Assembly: GCA_965371515.1 (NCBI GenBank)
Contig: CBDUYR010000012.1
Span: 1-63,008 of the forward strand
Direction of reading: 5' to 3'
Source: an uncultured bacterium
Lineage (GTDB): Bacteria; Krumholzibacteriota; Krumholzibacteriia; Krumholzibacteriales; Krumholzibacteriaceae
DNA length: 63,008 bases
Shown: piece after piece, positions 8,423-18,000 of the stretch
Numbering within the stretch: position 1 is the stretch's first letter
Layout: each line of letters begins with the position of its first letter
The notes under the pieces: model-generated
Database searches by the model: none
Told to the model about the DNA's origin: nothing
What the model saw: the letters and a program-made list of their open reading frames with translations, nothing else
Program-made: the position numbers and the translations under genes

Positions 8423-10333
8423 ATGGCAGACAAGACTATTATCGAGAAGATCCTTTCCGCACACGCGGGAAAGGATGTTTCGGCCGGGGACGTCGTCTGG
8501 ATCGGGATCGACGTCAGGACGGCAAGGGACTTCGGTGGTGCGAGCGTCGTTAAGAACCTCAGGGAAAACTACGAGAGCCCGTGGATCGATGACCCCGAAA
8601 AGACATGTTTCACCTTCGACTGCAATGTCCCGGCCAACACGACCGGATACGCCGAGAACCAGCAGATATGCAGGGATTTTGCGCGTGAAACGGGAGTGCG
8701 GGTCTACGACGTGAGGGCAGGGATCGGCTCGCACGTCGCGATGGAGCGCGGCCTGGGAAAGCCCGGCGAGATATTCGTCGGCACCGACAGCCACCTCAAT
8801 ATTATGGGAGCGGTAGGCTGCTTCGGTCAGGGGATGGGCGACCGTGACATCGCATACGTCTGGGCAACAGGCCGAAACTGGTTCGAAGTCCCTTCGTCGA
8901 TGAAGGTCATCCTCGAGGGTTCGATAGAGTTCCCCGTGACGGCCAAGGACATCGCACTTGCCGTGATCAGCCGCCTCGGTACCGCTGGAGCGCTTGGAAA
9001 GGTGATCGAGTTCTCAGGAACGGGAACAGATGAGCTGAGTCTCTCGGGAAGGATCACTATCGCCAGCCTTGCGACAGAGATGGGCGCCATAGCTGCCTTC
9101 CTGCCGGTAAGCGATGCGATCGCTTCTTACACAGAAAGACGCTCGGGCGGAGGGAAGATCGAACCGGTCACGGCTGACGCAGACGCTGCTTACGACGACA
9201 CGATTACAATAGATATCTCAGACCTCGAGCCGCTGGCCGCCTGTCCCTTCAGCCCGTCAAACGTTAAGAAGATCAGCGAGATAGCCGGCACGAGGATCGA
9301 CACTGCGATCATCGCCTCGTGTACGAACGGCCGGTTCGAGGACATGGTCCACGCTGCCTCTATTCTCAAAGGAAAGAGGATCAAGGACGGCACGAGCCTC
9401 AAGGTCGTCCCGGCCACCGAGGAAGTCTACGAGAGGATGCTCGAAGAGGGTATCCTGAAGATTTTCATCGAGGCGGGAGGGCTGGTTACCAACCCTGGAT
9501 GCGGCGGATGCGCCTCGGGCCAGCTCGGCATGGTCGGCAAGGGAGAGGTGCAGCTCAGCACTTCGAACAGGAATTTCGCGGGCAAGCAGGGCAAGGGCGA
9601 GACATACCTCGTCAGCCCCGCTGTCGCGGCGGCGTCGATCATCGCGGGCGAGATAGTATCGCCGGCCGGACTCGACATCGAACTGATCGATTTCGTTCCC
9701 GACGAGGAGTTCACCGGGCAGCCCGCACTCGAGACGATCTCCTGGATAGACGAGGGAGCGAAAACAGCCGGCAAGCCAGTGCCGAAGTCGCACGCCGGAG
9801 AGGCGGTGGACTGTCCGAAGATGCTGAAGGGCAGGGCGCGTATAATCACCGAGCCGGATGGCCGTCTGATGGACGACATCGATACCGACATGATCTTCCA
9901 CAACAAGTACCTCGCGATCACCGAGATCGAGAAGATGGGGGAGCACACATTCGAGACCCTCGATGGGTACGAGGAGTTCGCTGCGAGCGTCGAGGAGGGC
10001 GACATCATAATCGCCGGCGGCAACTTCGGCTGTGGCTCTTCGCGACAGGCGGCCGTGGACTGTTTCATCCCTCTCGGTGTTAAGCTTGTGATCACCGCTT
10101 CGACCGGGGCGATATACAAGCGCAACATCATCAACTCGGGATTCCCTTTCCTCGAGGTCGCTGCCCTTCACGAGGCCGGCATAGAGGAGGGTATGGAGAT
10201 CGAAGTAGATTTCGAAAAGGGAACGATAACCCTGCCAGGCGGGAAGGTGATCGAGACCGACAGGCCCACCTCGGTACAGCTCGACATCTGCAGGGCAGGA
10301 GGGCTTTTCGCCTATACGGGAGAGGAGGATTGA
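8423..10333 (+). CDS. Fused large+small subunit aconitase-family hydro-lyase (LeuC-LeuD / HacA-HacB fusion)
   Basis: DSH, SCTNGR, PGCGGC, STSNRNF, then a linker, then a swivel domain with DIDTD and GGNFGCGSSR. Confidence 0.9.
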   Translation: MADKTIIEKILSAHAGKDVSAGDVVWIGIDVRTARDFGGASVVKNLRENYESPWIDDPEKTCFTFDCNVPANTTGYAENQQICRDFARETGVRVYDVRAGIGSHVAMERGLGKPGEIFVGTDSHLNIMGAVGCFGQGMGDRDIAYVWATGRNWFEVPSSMKVILEGSIEFPVTAKDIALAVISRLGTAGALGKVIEFSGTGTDELSLSGRITIASLATEMGAIAAFLPVSDAIASYTERRSGGGKIEPVTADADAAYDDTITIDISDLEPLAACPFSPSNVKKISEIAGTRIDTAIIASCTNGRFEDMVHAASILKGKRIKDGTSLKVVPATEEVYERMLEEGILKIFIEAGGLVTNPGCGGCASGQLGMVGKGEVQLSTSNRNFAGKQGKGETYLVSPAVAAASIIAGEIVSPAGLDIELIDFVPDEEFTGQPALETISWIDEGAKTAGKPVPKSHAGEAVDCPKMLKGRARIITEPDGRLMDDIDTDMIFHNKYLAITEIEKMGEHTFETLDGYEEFAASVEEGDIIIAGGNFGCGSSRQAAVDCFIPLGVKLVITASTGAIYKRNIINSGFPFLEVAALHEAGIEEGMEIEVDFEKGTITLPGGKVIETDRPTSVQLDICRAGGLFAYTGEED

Positions 10334-10334
10334 T

Positions 10335-11588
10335 ATGGGCGCAACCATGATAGAGAAGATCCTCGCAAGGTCATCGGGCAACGTCGACGTACATGTCGGC
10401 GACATCGTCTTCGCCAGGCCCCACAGGATACTCTCCCATGACAACTCGGCGGCGATCCTGAAGATCTTCGAGGACCTGGGCGGGAAGAATGTCTGGGACC
10501 CCGACCGGATATTCATTGCACTGGATCACGCGGTGCCGCCGCCCGATTCGAAGAAGGCAAACAATCACAAGATGATCCGCGAGTTCGTCAAGAAGAACGG
10601 CATCAAAAACTTCTTCGACTGCGGATGCGGCATCTGTCACCAGGTCCTTCCCGAGGAGGGCCTCGTAGAGCCGGGAACGGTGATCTTCGGTTCCGACTCG
10701 CACACGACTACGCACGGCGCCCTGGGCGCCGCCGGTATCCCGATCGGCAGGACGGAAACGGCGAGCGTCTGGGCGCTCGGCGAGACGTGGCTGAAGGTGC
10801 CTCCGACGATCAAGATCGTGCTGAGCGGCAAGCTCCGCGAGGGAGTAGTCGCGAAGGATATAATCCTCTACGTCATCGGCCAGATCACGGCAGACGGAGC
10901 GACCTACAAGGCTGTGGAGTTCCATGGACCGGTCGTGGAGGAAATGAGCATCGGCGGGAGGATGACCCTCTGTAACATGGCGGCCGAAATGGGCGCCAAG
11001 GCCGGGATGGTGCCGTTCGACGATGTGACAGCAGCGTTCCTCAAGGAACGGCTGAGAGATAAGTTCGAAACGGGGAATCCGGACGAGGACGCTGAATACG
11101 AGTCGATCCTAGAGATCGACTGCTCGATAATCGGTCCCCAGGTGGCAAGGCCGCACAAGGTCGACAACGTCGTCGCCGCTGCCGACCTCGAGGAAACAAT
11201 AATAGATGTCGCGCTCCTCGGCACCTGTACCAACGGGCGCCTCGAGGACCTGCACCAGGCCGCGGGGATCCTGAAGGGAAAGAAGATCGCCGACGGAGTA
11301 AGGCTTCTCGTCTATCCGGCGTCGCGGTCGATCCTCGACGAGGCGAACCGCGACGGGACCTCATCGATACTGCTCGAGGCGGGAGCGCAGGTCGCAGTGC
11401 CTGCATGCGGCCCGTGCCTCGGTGCCTACGGCGGAGTGCTCGCCCCCGGCGAGAACTGCGTTTCGACGGCAAACAGGAACTTCAAGGGGCGGATGGGATG
11501 CAAGGAAGACACCGGAGTATATCTCGCAAGCCCCGCCACCGTCGCCGCGTCGGCGATTGCGGGCAGGATAATTTCCCCGTACGTCTGA
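10335..11588 (+). CDS. Homoaconitase / isopropylmalate dehydratase large subunit
   Basis: HD, DH, GICHQ, DSHT, TCTNGR, PACGPCLG, STANRNFKGRMG. Confidence 0.9.
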   Translation: MGATMIEKILARSSGNVDVHVGDIVFARPHRILSHDNSAAILKIFEDLGGKNVWDPDRIFIALDHAVPPPDSKKANNHKMIREFVKKNGIKNFFDCGCGICHQVLPEEGLVEPGTVIFGSDSHTTTHGALGAAGIPIGRTETASVWALGETWLKVPPTIKIVLSGKLREGVVAKDIILYVIGQITADGATYKAVEFHGPVVEEMSIGGRMTLCNMAAEMGAKAGMVPFDDVTAAFLKERLRDKFETGNPDEDAEYESILEIDCSIIGPQVARPHKVDNVVAAADLEETIIDVALLGTCTNGRLEDLHQAAGILKGKKIADGVRLLVYPASRSILDEANRDGTSSILLEAGAQVAVPACGPCLGAYGGVLAPGENCVSTANRNFKGRMGCKEDTGVYLASPATVAASAIAGRIISPYV

Positions 11589-11607
11589 CGGGAGGGAGGA
11601 TACCGAG

Positions 11608-12117
11608 ATGGAGATAAAGGGAAGAGTCTGGATCCTCGATGACGACGATATAAATACCGACGTCATCTATCCCGGCAAGTATACGTACGAGCTCTTCTCC
11701 AACGAGGAGATGGCAAGTCACGCGCTTGAGGATTTCGACCCCGAATTTGCCTCGAAAGTACGTGAAGGTGACGTTATAATCGCCGGTAAAAACTTCGGAT
11801 GCGGCTCATCGCGTGAGCAGGCGGTGACCTGTCTGAAATACTCGGGAGTCGGCGCGATAGTGGCCGCCTCCTATGCGCGGATCTACTACCGGAACGCGAT
11901 CAACCAGGCGCTCTACGCGATCGAGTGTCCCGAGGCGTCCGAATACGCCAGGGCGAACCTGGAAAAGCTCTCGGGGAGCGAGATAACACTCGATCCCGGG
12001 AAGGGCACGATGACACTCGGCACGAAGGAGTTTACCTTCCCGCAGATGTCAGGGAAGGCGAAGGAGATCTTCGAGGCGGGCGGACTTGTAGAATATACGA
12101 AGAAAAAGCTCGGGTGA
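11608..12117 (+). CDS. Homoaconitase / isopropylmalate dehydratase small subunit
   Basis: DINTDVIYPGKYTY, GKNFGCGSSREQA, ARIYYRNAIN, AGGL. Confidence 0.9.
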   Translation: MEIKGRVWILDDDDINTDVIYPGKYTYELFSNEEMASHALEDFDPEFASKVREGDVIIAGKNFGCGSSREQAVTCLKYSGVGAIVAASYARIYYRNAINQALYAIECPEASEYARANLEKLSGSEITLDPGKGTMTLGTKEFTFPQMSGKAKEIFEAGGLVEYTKKKLG

Positions 12118-12130
12118 GAAATAGGTCAGA

Positions 12131-14128
12131 TCATTCCTGTCGGCCTTTTACGTCGGAAGCGCACCTGAACCCGACGGCTATATCCTGCCACGTGTACTTG
12201 CACGCGTTTCGCGTGTAGACGTTGCAGCACATCCTGCCCGAGTGCCAGCCGCCGCCTCTTATCACGGCGACGTATCCCTTCTCCGGTCCGGTCGGATTCT
12301 TGTACGGGCTGGACTTGTAATAGTCGGGGTGGAAGTAGTCGTTCACCCATTCGACGACATTACCCGACATGTCGTACAGGCCGAAGCCGTTCGGCGGATA
12401 GCATCCGACCGGGACGGTACCGATGAAGTTCGGGCCGACTCGGTAGTTCGCGTCGGTCGGCAGCAGTTCCTCTCCGTTGGGAAACAGCGTCTCGATCAGT
12501 CCGCCCCTCGCTGCGAGTTCCCATTCGGCCTCGGTGGGGATTCTTTTATTGCCGGCCCATTTCGCGAACAGCCTTGCCTGGTAGAGGCTCACCCCGATCA
12601 CGGGATGGTCGGGATAATCCGGGCCGCAGTGATAGTCGTCAATCTCCCAGAACTCGGGCAAGTTGCCGCCGGTCTCTTCGCAGAACTGCTCGTACTGCGC
12701 GTTAGTGACCTCGTACCTGTCTATGTAGAACGAATCGACGAAGACCCTGTGCGCCGGGTCGTACAGCCCGTCTTCCGGGCCGCCCATGACGAATTCAGCG
12801 GCGGGAATCAGCACCATGTCTTTCAGGAACGGATTGCCTCCCGGGTCTATCGGGGGAGGTGGGATGGGGCAGGCAAGCGCCGTGTCGAGGGGCGCGTCGT
12901 AGCCGGTAGTATGGTCCTTCCACGTCTCCCTGACGTGGATGTCGATGGGCAGCCACGGCGAATCGGCGAGTCTCGGTACCGGTTTGTGGAACTCCGTCGA
13001 GTACGTGACCCTGACCCCCGAGTTGGGAAGCCTGAACGTCTCGGATGCCGAGGTAAGGTTCGGCGCTCCGCGAGGCAGCTCGCCGGCAAGCGTGACGCCG
13101 TTTTCTTCGCCCAGTCTCGCCGCGATCTCGATTCCTGCGCAGTAGGTGGCGCGGTCGACGAGAACGACTATGTCCCTTCCCGGTTGACCGCTCTTCCATC
13201 CTATGGATCCGTTCACGAACGCCTCGACGAGCTCGCCGCTCCTGCTGGTATTCCCGCGGAGATCGGCTATCAATCTCGAGACGCCGGTGCCCTGAAGCTC
13301 TGCCAGACTCTCCGCGATTATCGTTCCCGTATCGGATGTCCCCTCGTCGGGCCCGAAATATCTTATCACCGCCGCCGGCCTGTCGCCCCCGGCGATTTCG
13401 AGCACGATGGCCTGGGTCTCTCCGGCAGGGCGGACCACGTTCCCGCGGGGGATGCGGGCCCTTGTCCAGCCGTATGTATCGATAGAATCGGGCTGGATGG
13501 TGGCGAGGCTCAGCTCGATCTCGCCGCCGTCGTCGCCGGTGAACAAGGCGTCGGCCGTAAAACTGTCGCCCGCGAATCCGAGGACGGCGAGTACCTCTCC
13601 GTACGAAATGTAACGGGGGACCGAGACAAGCCACTCCGCGTAATTGTCGCGGGATATGAGGGGGCGGATTGCGATGACTGCTTCGGCGACAGGCCTTCCG
13701 CCGATCGAGGTCAGCTTTGTCCCGACCGCTGTTTCGTAGCCCGGAGCGGCGGAGATCACCCTCAGCTCGCTGCCGAAGTATCTCAGCTCGACGGGCAGGC
13801 GCCTGAACCGGCCGTCGAGCCACGTGCGGTCTATACCTGTCTGCCCATCGCCTATCATGGCGAGAAGGCGGCACAGTTCGACCAGTATCCTCTCATCCTC
13901 CCAGTCGCCGAGACTGTCGACGATACCGGTTCCGGCATTCTCCAGCTCTTTCCTGGTGACATTGCGGTACAGGTCGGGATGGTTGCGCGAAAGGCGCGAG
14001 AACAGGTCGTCGATATCGGACTGCCAGAGCCCCGGCACCATGTGCTGCCGGCCGTCCCTGTCTCCGCTGCACCCGGCTGCGAGAAGGAACAGGCAGATGG
14101 CGCACAGCGCCGTTCGAAGCGATCTCAC
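12131..14128 (-). CDS. Lipoprotein: S41-peptidase-like domain fused to an FGE-sulfatase (SUMF1/C-type-lectin fold) domain
   Basis: GTG 14128 after GAGGAGG; lipobox LAAG-C; S41-like IADLRGN and VLVDRATYCAG; PPPP linker; FGE-family motifs YEVTNAQY, RIPTEAEWE, NGFGLYDMSGNVVEW, RGGGW, GFRC. Confidence 0.8.
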   Translation of the reverse strand: MRSLRTALCAICLFLLAAGCSGDRDGRQHMVPGLWQSDIDDLFSRLSRNHPDLYRNVTRKELENAGTGIVDSLGDWEDERILVELCRLLAMIGDGQTGIDRTWLDGRFRRLPVELRYFGSELRVISAAPGYETAVGTKLTSIGGRPVAEAVIAIRPLISRDNYAEWLVSVPRYISYGEVLAVLGFAGDSFTADALFTGDDGGEIELSLATIQPDSIDTYGWTRARIPRGNVVRPAGETQAIVLEIAGGDRPAAVIRYFGPDEGTSDTGTIIAESLAELQGTGVSRLIADLRGNTSRSGELVEAFVNGSIGWKSGQPGRDIVVLVDRATYCAGIEIAARLGEENGVTLAGELPRGAPNLTSASETFRLPNSGVRVTYSTEFHKPVPRLADSPWLPIDIHVRETWKDHTTGYDAPLDTALACPIPPPPIDPGGNPFLKDMVLIPAAEFVMGGPEDGLYDPAHRVFVDSFYIDRYEVTNAQYEQFCEETGGNLPEFWEIDDYHCGPDYPDHPVIGVSLYQARLFAKWAGNKRIPTEAEWELAARGGLIETLFPNGEELLPTDANYRVGPNFIGTVPVGCYPPNGFGLYDMSGNVVEWVNDYFHPDYYKSSPYKNPTGPEKGYVAVIRGGGWHSGRMCCNVYTRNACKYTWQDIAVGFRCASDVKGRQE

Positions 14129-14210
14129 GATACCCCTCCTCGATCGGATCAGGCCATACTCTCTTTCTAGTCCCATGGAAGATTATACACCGGCCGTGCC
14201 GTCAGTATCC

Positions 14211-14537
14211 TTATTTCTCGGGCGGGCGCCTCTCGGGGACGTACTCTTGCGGGATCTTCCCCTCGAGCCATTCCTTCGAGACGTAGAGGTTGCAGTAGCA
14301 GCTCCCGTACTCGGCCACGTCCGGCTCGCGATAGTCGCACGGGCAGCAGATGTCGCGGTCCTTCTCGCGGTCCCCGCTGCCGAGCCTGCAGGGGCAGTTC
14401 ATGTAGCCGTATCGTTCCCTGTTGGTAAGCAGCCCCTCGAGGATTCCCATCGTGATGGCCATATCGCTGTTGAAGTAATATCCCTTCTTCTCCTGCAGCG
14501 GCTTCAGCCTCTCGTACAGTTTTTCAGCTTCTGTCAT
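14211..14537 (-). CDS. Ferredoxin:thioredoxin (glutaredoxin) reductase catalytic subunit-like protein
   Basis: CPCR...CPC...CYC Fe-S/disulfide signature of the FTR beta chain. Confidence 0.9.
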   Translation of the reverse strand: MTEAEKLYERLKPLQEKKGYYFNSDMAITMGILEGLLTNRERYGYMNCPCRLGSGDREKDRDICCPCDYREPDVAEYGSCYCNLYVSKEWLEGKIPQEYVPERRPPEK

Positions 14538-14791
14538 GACAGCCCCAGCGCATCTCTTATCTCCCGCTCCTTGAATCCAACGATGATGGTGTCGCCGATC
14601 AGGATCGTCGGGTAAGAGATCCTTGGATTGATCTTTCTTATTTGCTCTATCACGGTGTGGCGTTCGTCCCCCGTGAGGAGATCGACGTCGGTGAACTCGA
14701 ACTCGATTCCCTGGTCGGAGAAGAATTCCTTGGTTCTCCTGCAGTGGCTGCAGGTGCTCAGTGTGAACATCCTTATCGTTACGTTGCTCAA
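14534..14791 (-). CDS. Glutaredoxin/NrdH-like redoxin
   Basis: CSHC active site, cis-Pro SYP, IVGF; TTG start after GGAGG; overlaps the FTR gene by 4 nt. Confidence 0.88.
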   Translation of the reverse strand: MSNVTIRMFTLSTCSHCRRTKEFFSDQGIEFEFTDVDLLTGDERHTVIEQIRKINPRISYPTILIGDTIIVGFKEREIRDALGLS

Positions 14792-15093
14792 CCCCGTCCT
14801 CCTTCGTCAGCTTCGCGTCTGGGTACCGGCCGGCCGCAAGGCCGCCAGGCGCCGTATAACGTTCGTCGTCCGCTCTCCGGCGGCACGGGCAGAATAATTG
14901 TCACACAGGGCAGGTGGAGTTGTAAAGTAATTGCAAGTTTTTACTCGACTTTCATGCATAAATCGTTATTGTACTGTGTGCAAATCGGTTTCACCCTGCG
15001 CTCGCCGGCGCATCAGGGGCCGGTTTTTGCCAATTACAAAAATAACGTTTACGTAGAAAAGACCCTTTACGGGACACAGGATGGGGGATTTCG

Positions 15094-18000
15094 ATGAGCA
15101 AGAAGATGGTGACCATCGATGGAAACGAGGCGACGACATATTCGGCTCACAAGCTGAACGAGGTCTGCGCGATTTACCCGATCACTCCATCGTCAACGAT
15201 GGGCGAGTTCGCCGACAAGTGGTCCGCCGACGGCAGGACGAATATCTGGGGCACGATCCCCAGCGTTACGGAGATGCAGAGTGAGGGAGGCGCCGCGGCG
15301 GCAGTTCACGGCGCTCTTCAGAGAGGCTCGCTGACGACGACCTTCACCGCGTCGCAGGGACTGCTCCTGATGATCCCGAGCATGTACAAGATCGCCGGCG
15401 AGCTTACGCCGACCGTTTTCCATGTCTCTGCCAGGGCGCTCGCTACCCACGCGCTTTCGATCTTCGGCGATCACAGCGACGTAATGTCGGTACGCATGAC
15501 CGGCTTCGCCCTGCTCTCTTCGGCCTCGGTCCAGGAAGCGATGGATATGGCGACGATCGCCCAGATGGCCACCCTCGAATCGCGAGTCCCGTTCATTCAC
15601 TTCTTCGAAGGCTTCAGGATCTCGCACGAGGTGAACAAGGTCGAGCTGATCGAAGACGACCAGTTCAGGAAGCTGATCGACGAGGACCTCGTCAGGGCGC
15701 ATCGCGAGAGAGCGATGAATCCCGACAAGCCGATTCTCCGAGGCACCGCACAGAATCCCGACACATTCTTCCAGGCGCGCGAGACTATCAATCCGTTCTA
15801 CAACGCCTGCGCCGGCATCGTCATCGAGGCGATGAAGAAGTTCGAGAAGGTCGTCGGACGCAAGTACGAGATATTCCAGTACTACGGTGCTCCCGACGCC
15901 GAGAGGGTTATCATCATAATGGGATCCGGCGCCGAGACGGTGCAGGAGACTGTCGATCATCTGCTTGCCGGCGGCGAGAAAATCGGCGTCCTCAAGGTGA
16001 GACTCTACAGGCCTTTCGATGTCGAGCACTTCATAAATGCACTGCCTGAGACCGTGAAAAAGATCAGTGTACTCGACAGGACGAAGGAGCCCGGTGCGAT
16101 AGGCGAGCCCCTCTACCAGGACGTTGTGACTGCTTTCGTCGAGAAGGCCGACATGACAAACTCCCGCTTCGGCGGGGTCCCGGCTGTCACCGGCGGAAGG
16201 TACGGACTCTCCTCGAAGGAGTTCACGCCCGGCATGGTCATGGGGATCTTCGACAACATGTCCGCAGCCGAGCCGAAAAACCACTTCACGATCGGCATAG
16301 AGGACGATGTCACCCACACGAGCCTCGACTACGACAAGGAATTCATCATAAAACATCCGAACCAGACCAGGGCGGTCTTCTTCGGGCTCGGCTCCGACGG
16401 GACTGTCGGCGCGAACAAGAACTCTATCAAGATCATCGGTGAGGGCACCGACAATTACGCGCAGGGCTACTTCGTCTACGATTCGAAGAAGGCCGGCTCT
16501 GTGACCGAGTCGCACCTGCGATTCGGTCCGGACGAGATCCACTCGCCATACCTGATTGCCAAGGCAGATTTTGTCGCCTGCCATCTGTTCCCCTTCATGG
16601 AGAGGATCGATGTCCTCAAGTACGCGAGCGAGGGAGCGACCTTCCTCCTGAACAGCCCCTATCCTGCAGATGAGACCTGGGACAAGCTTACCTACGAGGT
16701 CCAGAAGACTATCGTCGAGAAGAAGCTCAAGTTCGTCGTGATCGATGCCTACACGATTGCCACCGAGCTTGGCCTCGGGGCGAGGATCAACACGATCATG
16801 CAGACAGGCTTCTTCATCCTCGGCGGAGTGCTTCCGAAGGAAGAGGCGATCGCGGCGATAAAGACCTCCATAAAGAAGACGTACGGACGCCGGGGCGAAA
16901 AAGTAGTAAAGATGAACGAATCGGCCGTCGATGCGACTGAGGAGAACCTGCACGAGATAAAGGTTCCCGCCGAAGCGACGAGCGAGCTGCACATGATTCC
17001 GCCGGTGCCCGTGGACGCCCCTGAGTATGTACGCGACGTGATCGGCAGGCAGATCGCCAGGGACGGCAACGAGATCCCGGTGAGCGCGTTCGAACCGGAC
17101 GGTTCGTTCCCCACCGGAACGACGAAATGGGAGAAGCGCAACATCGCCCTGGAGATCCCCGTCTGGGATCCCGATATCTGCATCCAGTGCGGTAAATGCG
17201 TTCTCACATGTCCGCATGCTGTCGTAAGGGCAAAGGTCTACGAGCCCGACCAGCTCGAAGGTGCGCCCGAGACATTCAAGTCTGTCGACGCGATCGCCAA
17301 GGAGTTCAAGGGCAAGAAATTCACGATACAGATAGCTCCCGAGGACTGCACCGGCTGCACACTCTGCTTCCAGATCTGCCCGGCAAAGAACAAGGAGGAG
17401 GAGGGTAAGAAGGCGCTCAACATGCACCTGCAGCCGCCTTTGAGGGAGACAGAGAAGGAGAACTGGGAGTTCTTCCTCGATATCCCGTACATCGACCGCA
17501 GCGAGATCAAGCCGAATGCCACGAGGACCGTCCAGTTCCTCGAGCCGCTGTTCGAGTTCTCAGGCGCCTGCGCCGGGTGCGGCGAGACGCCTTACGTGAA
17601 GCTTCTCAGCCAGCTCTATGGAGACCGTACGATGATAGGAAACGCCACCGGCTGTTCCTCGATCTACGGCGGCAATCTGCCGGCGACCCCGTACACGATG
17701 AACAAGGACGGCCGCGGCGTCACATGGAACAACTCGCTCTTCGAGGACGCAGCCGAGTTCGCCTGCGGAATGAGGCTGGGCCTCGACAAGCAGGGTGAGT
17801 ATGCAAGAGAACTGGTGGGCAGGTTGTCCGGCGAGATCGGCGACGAGCTGGCCAAGGGCATCCTCGAAGCAGACATGAGCGATGAGAAGGGGATCCGAGA
17901 GCAGAGGAAGCGCGTCGATGCGCTGCGTGAGAAGCTCTCCGGAATCGATTCGGCGGATGCGAAGAATCTCGCCGGCCTCGCCGATGTTCTCGTGAAGAAG

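Noticed and set aside
7246..12117. Assigning the symbols leuB/leuC/leuD
   Set aside because: There is no leuA or ilv context and the motifs point toward homoisocitrate/homoaconitate-type enzymes, so specificity cannot be fixed from sequence alone.
12131..12270. FGE/CLec C-terminus as a diversity-generating retroelement variable repeat
   Set aside because: I saw no template repeat differing at adenines, no reverse transcriptase and no Avd gene in the window. A DGR acting from elsewhere cannot be excluded.
14970..14996. Rex operator upstream of PFOR (TGTGCA...TTCACC)
   Set aside because: Half-site spacing does not fit TTGTGAA-N4-TTCACAA.
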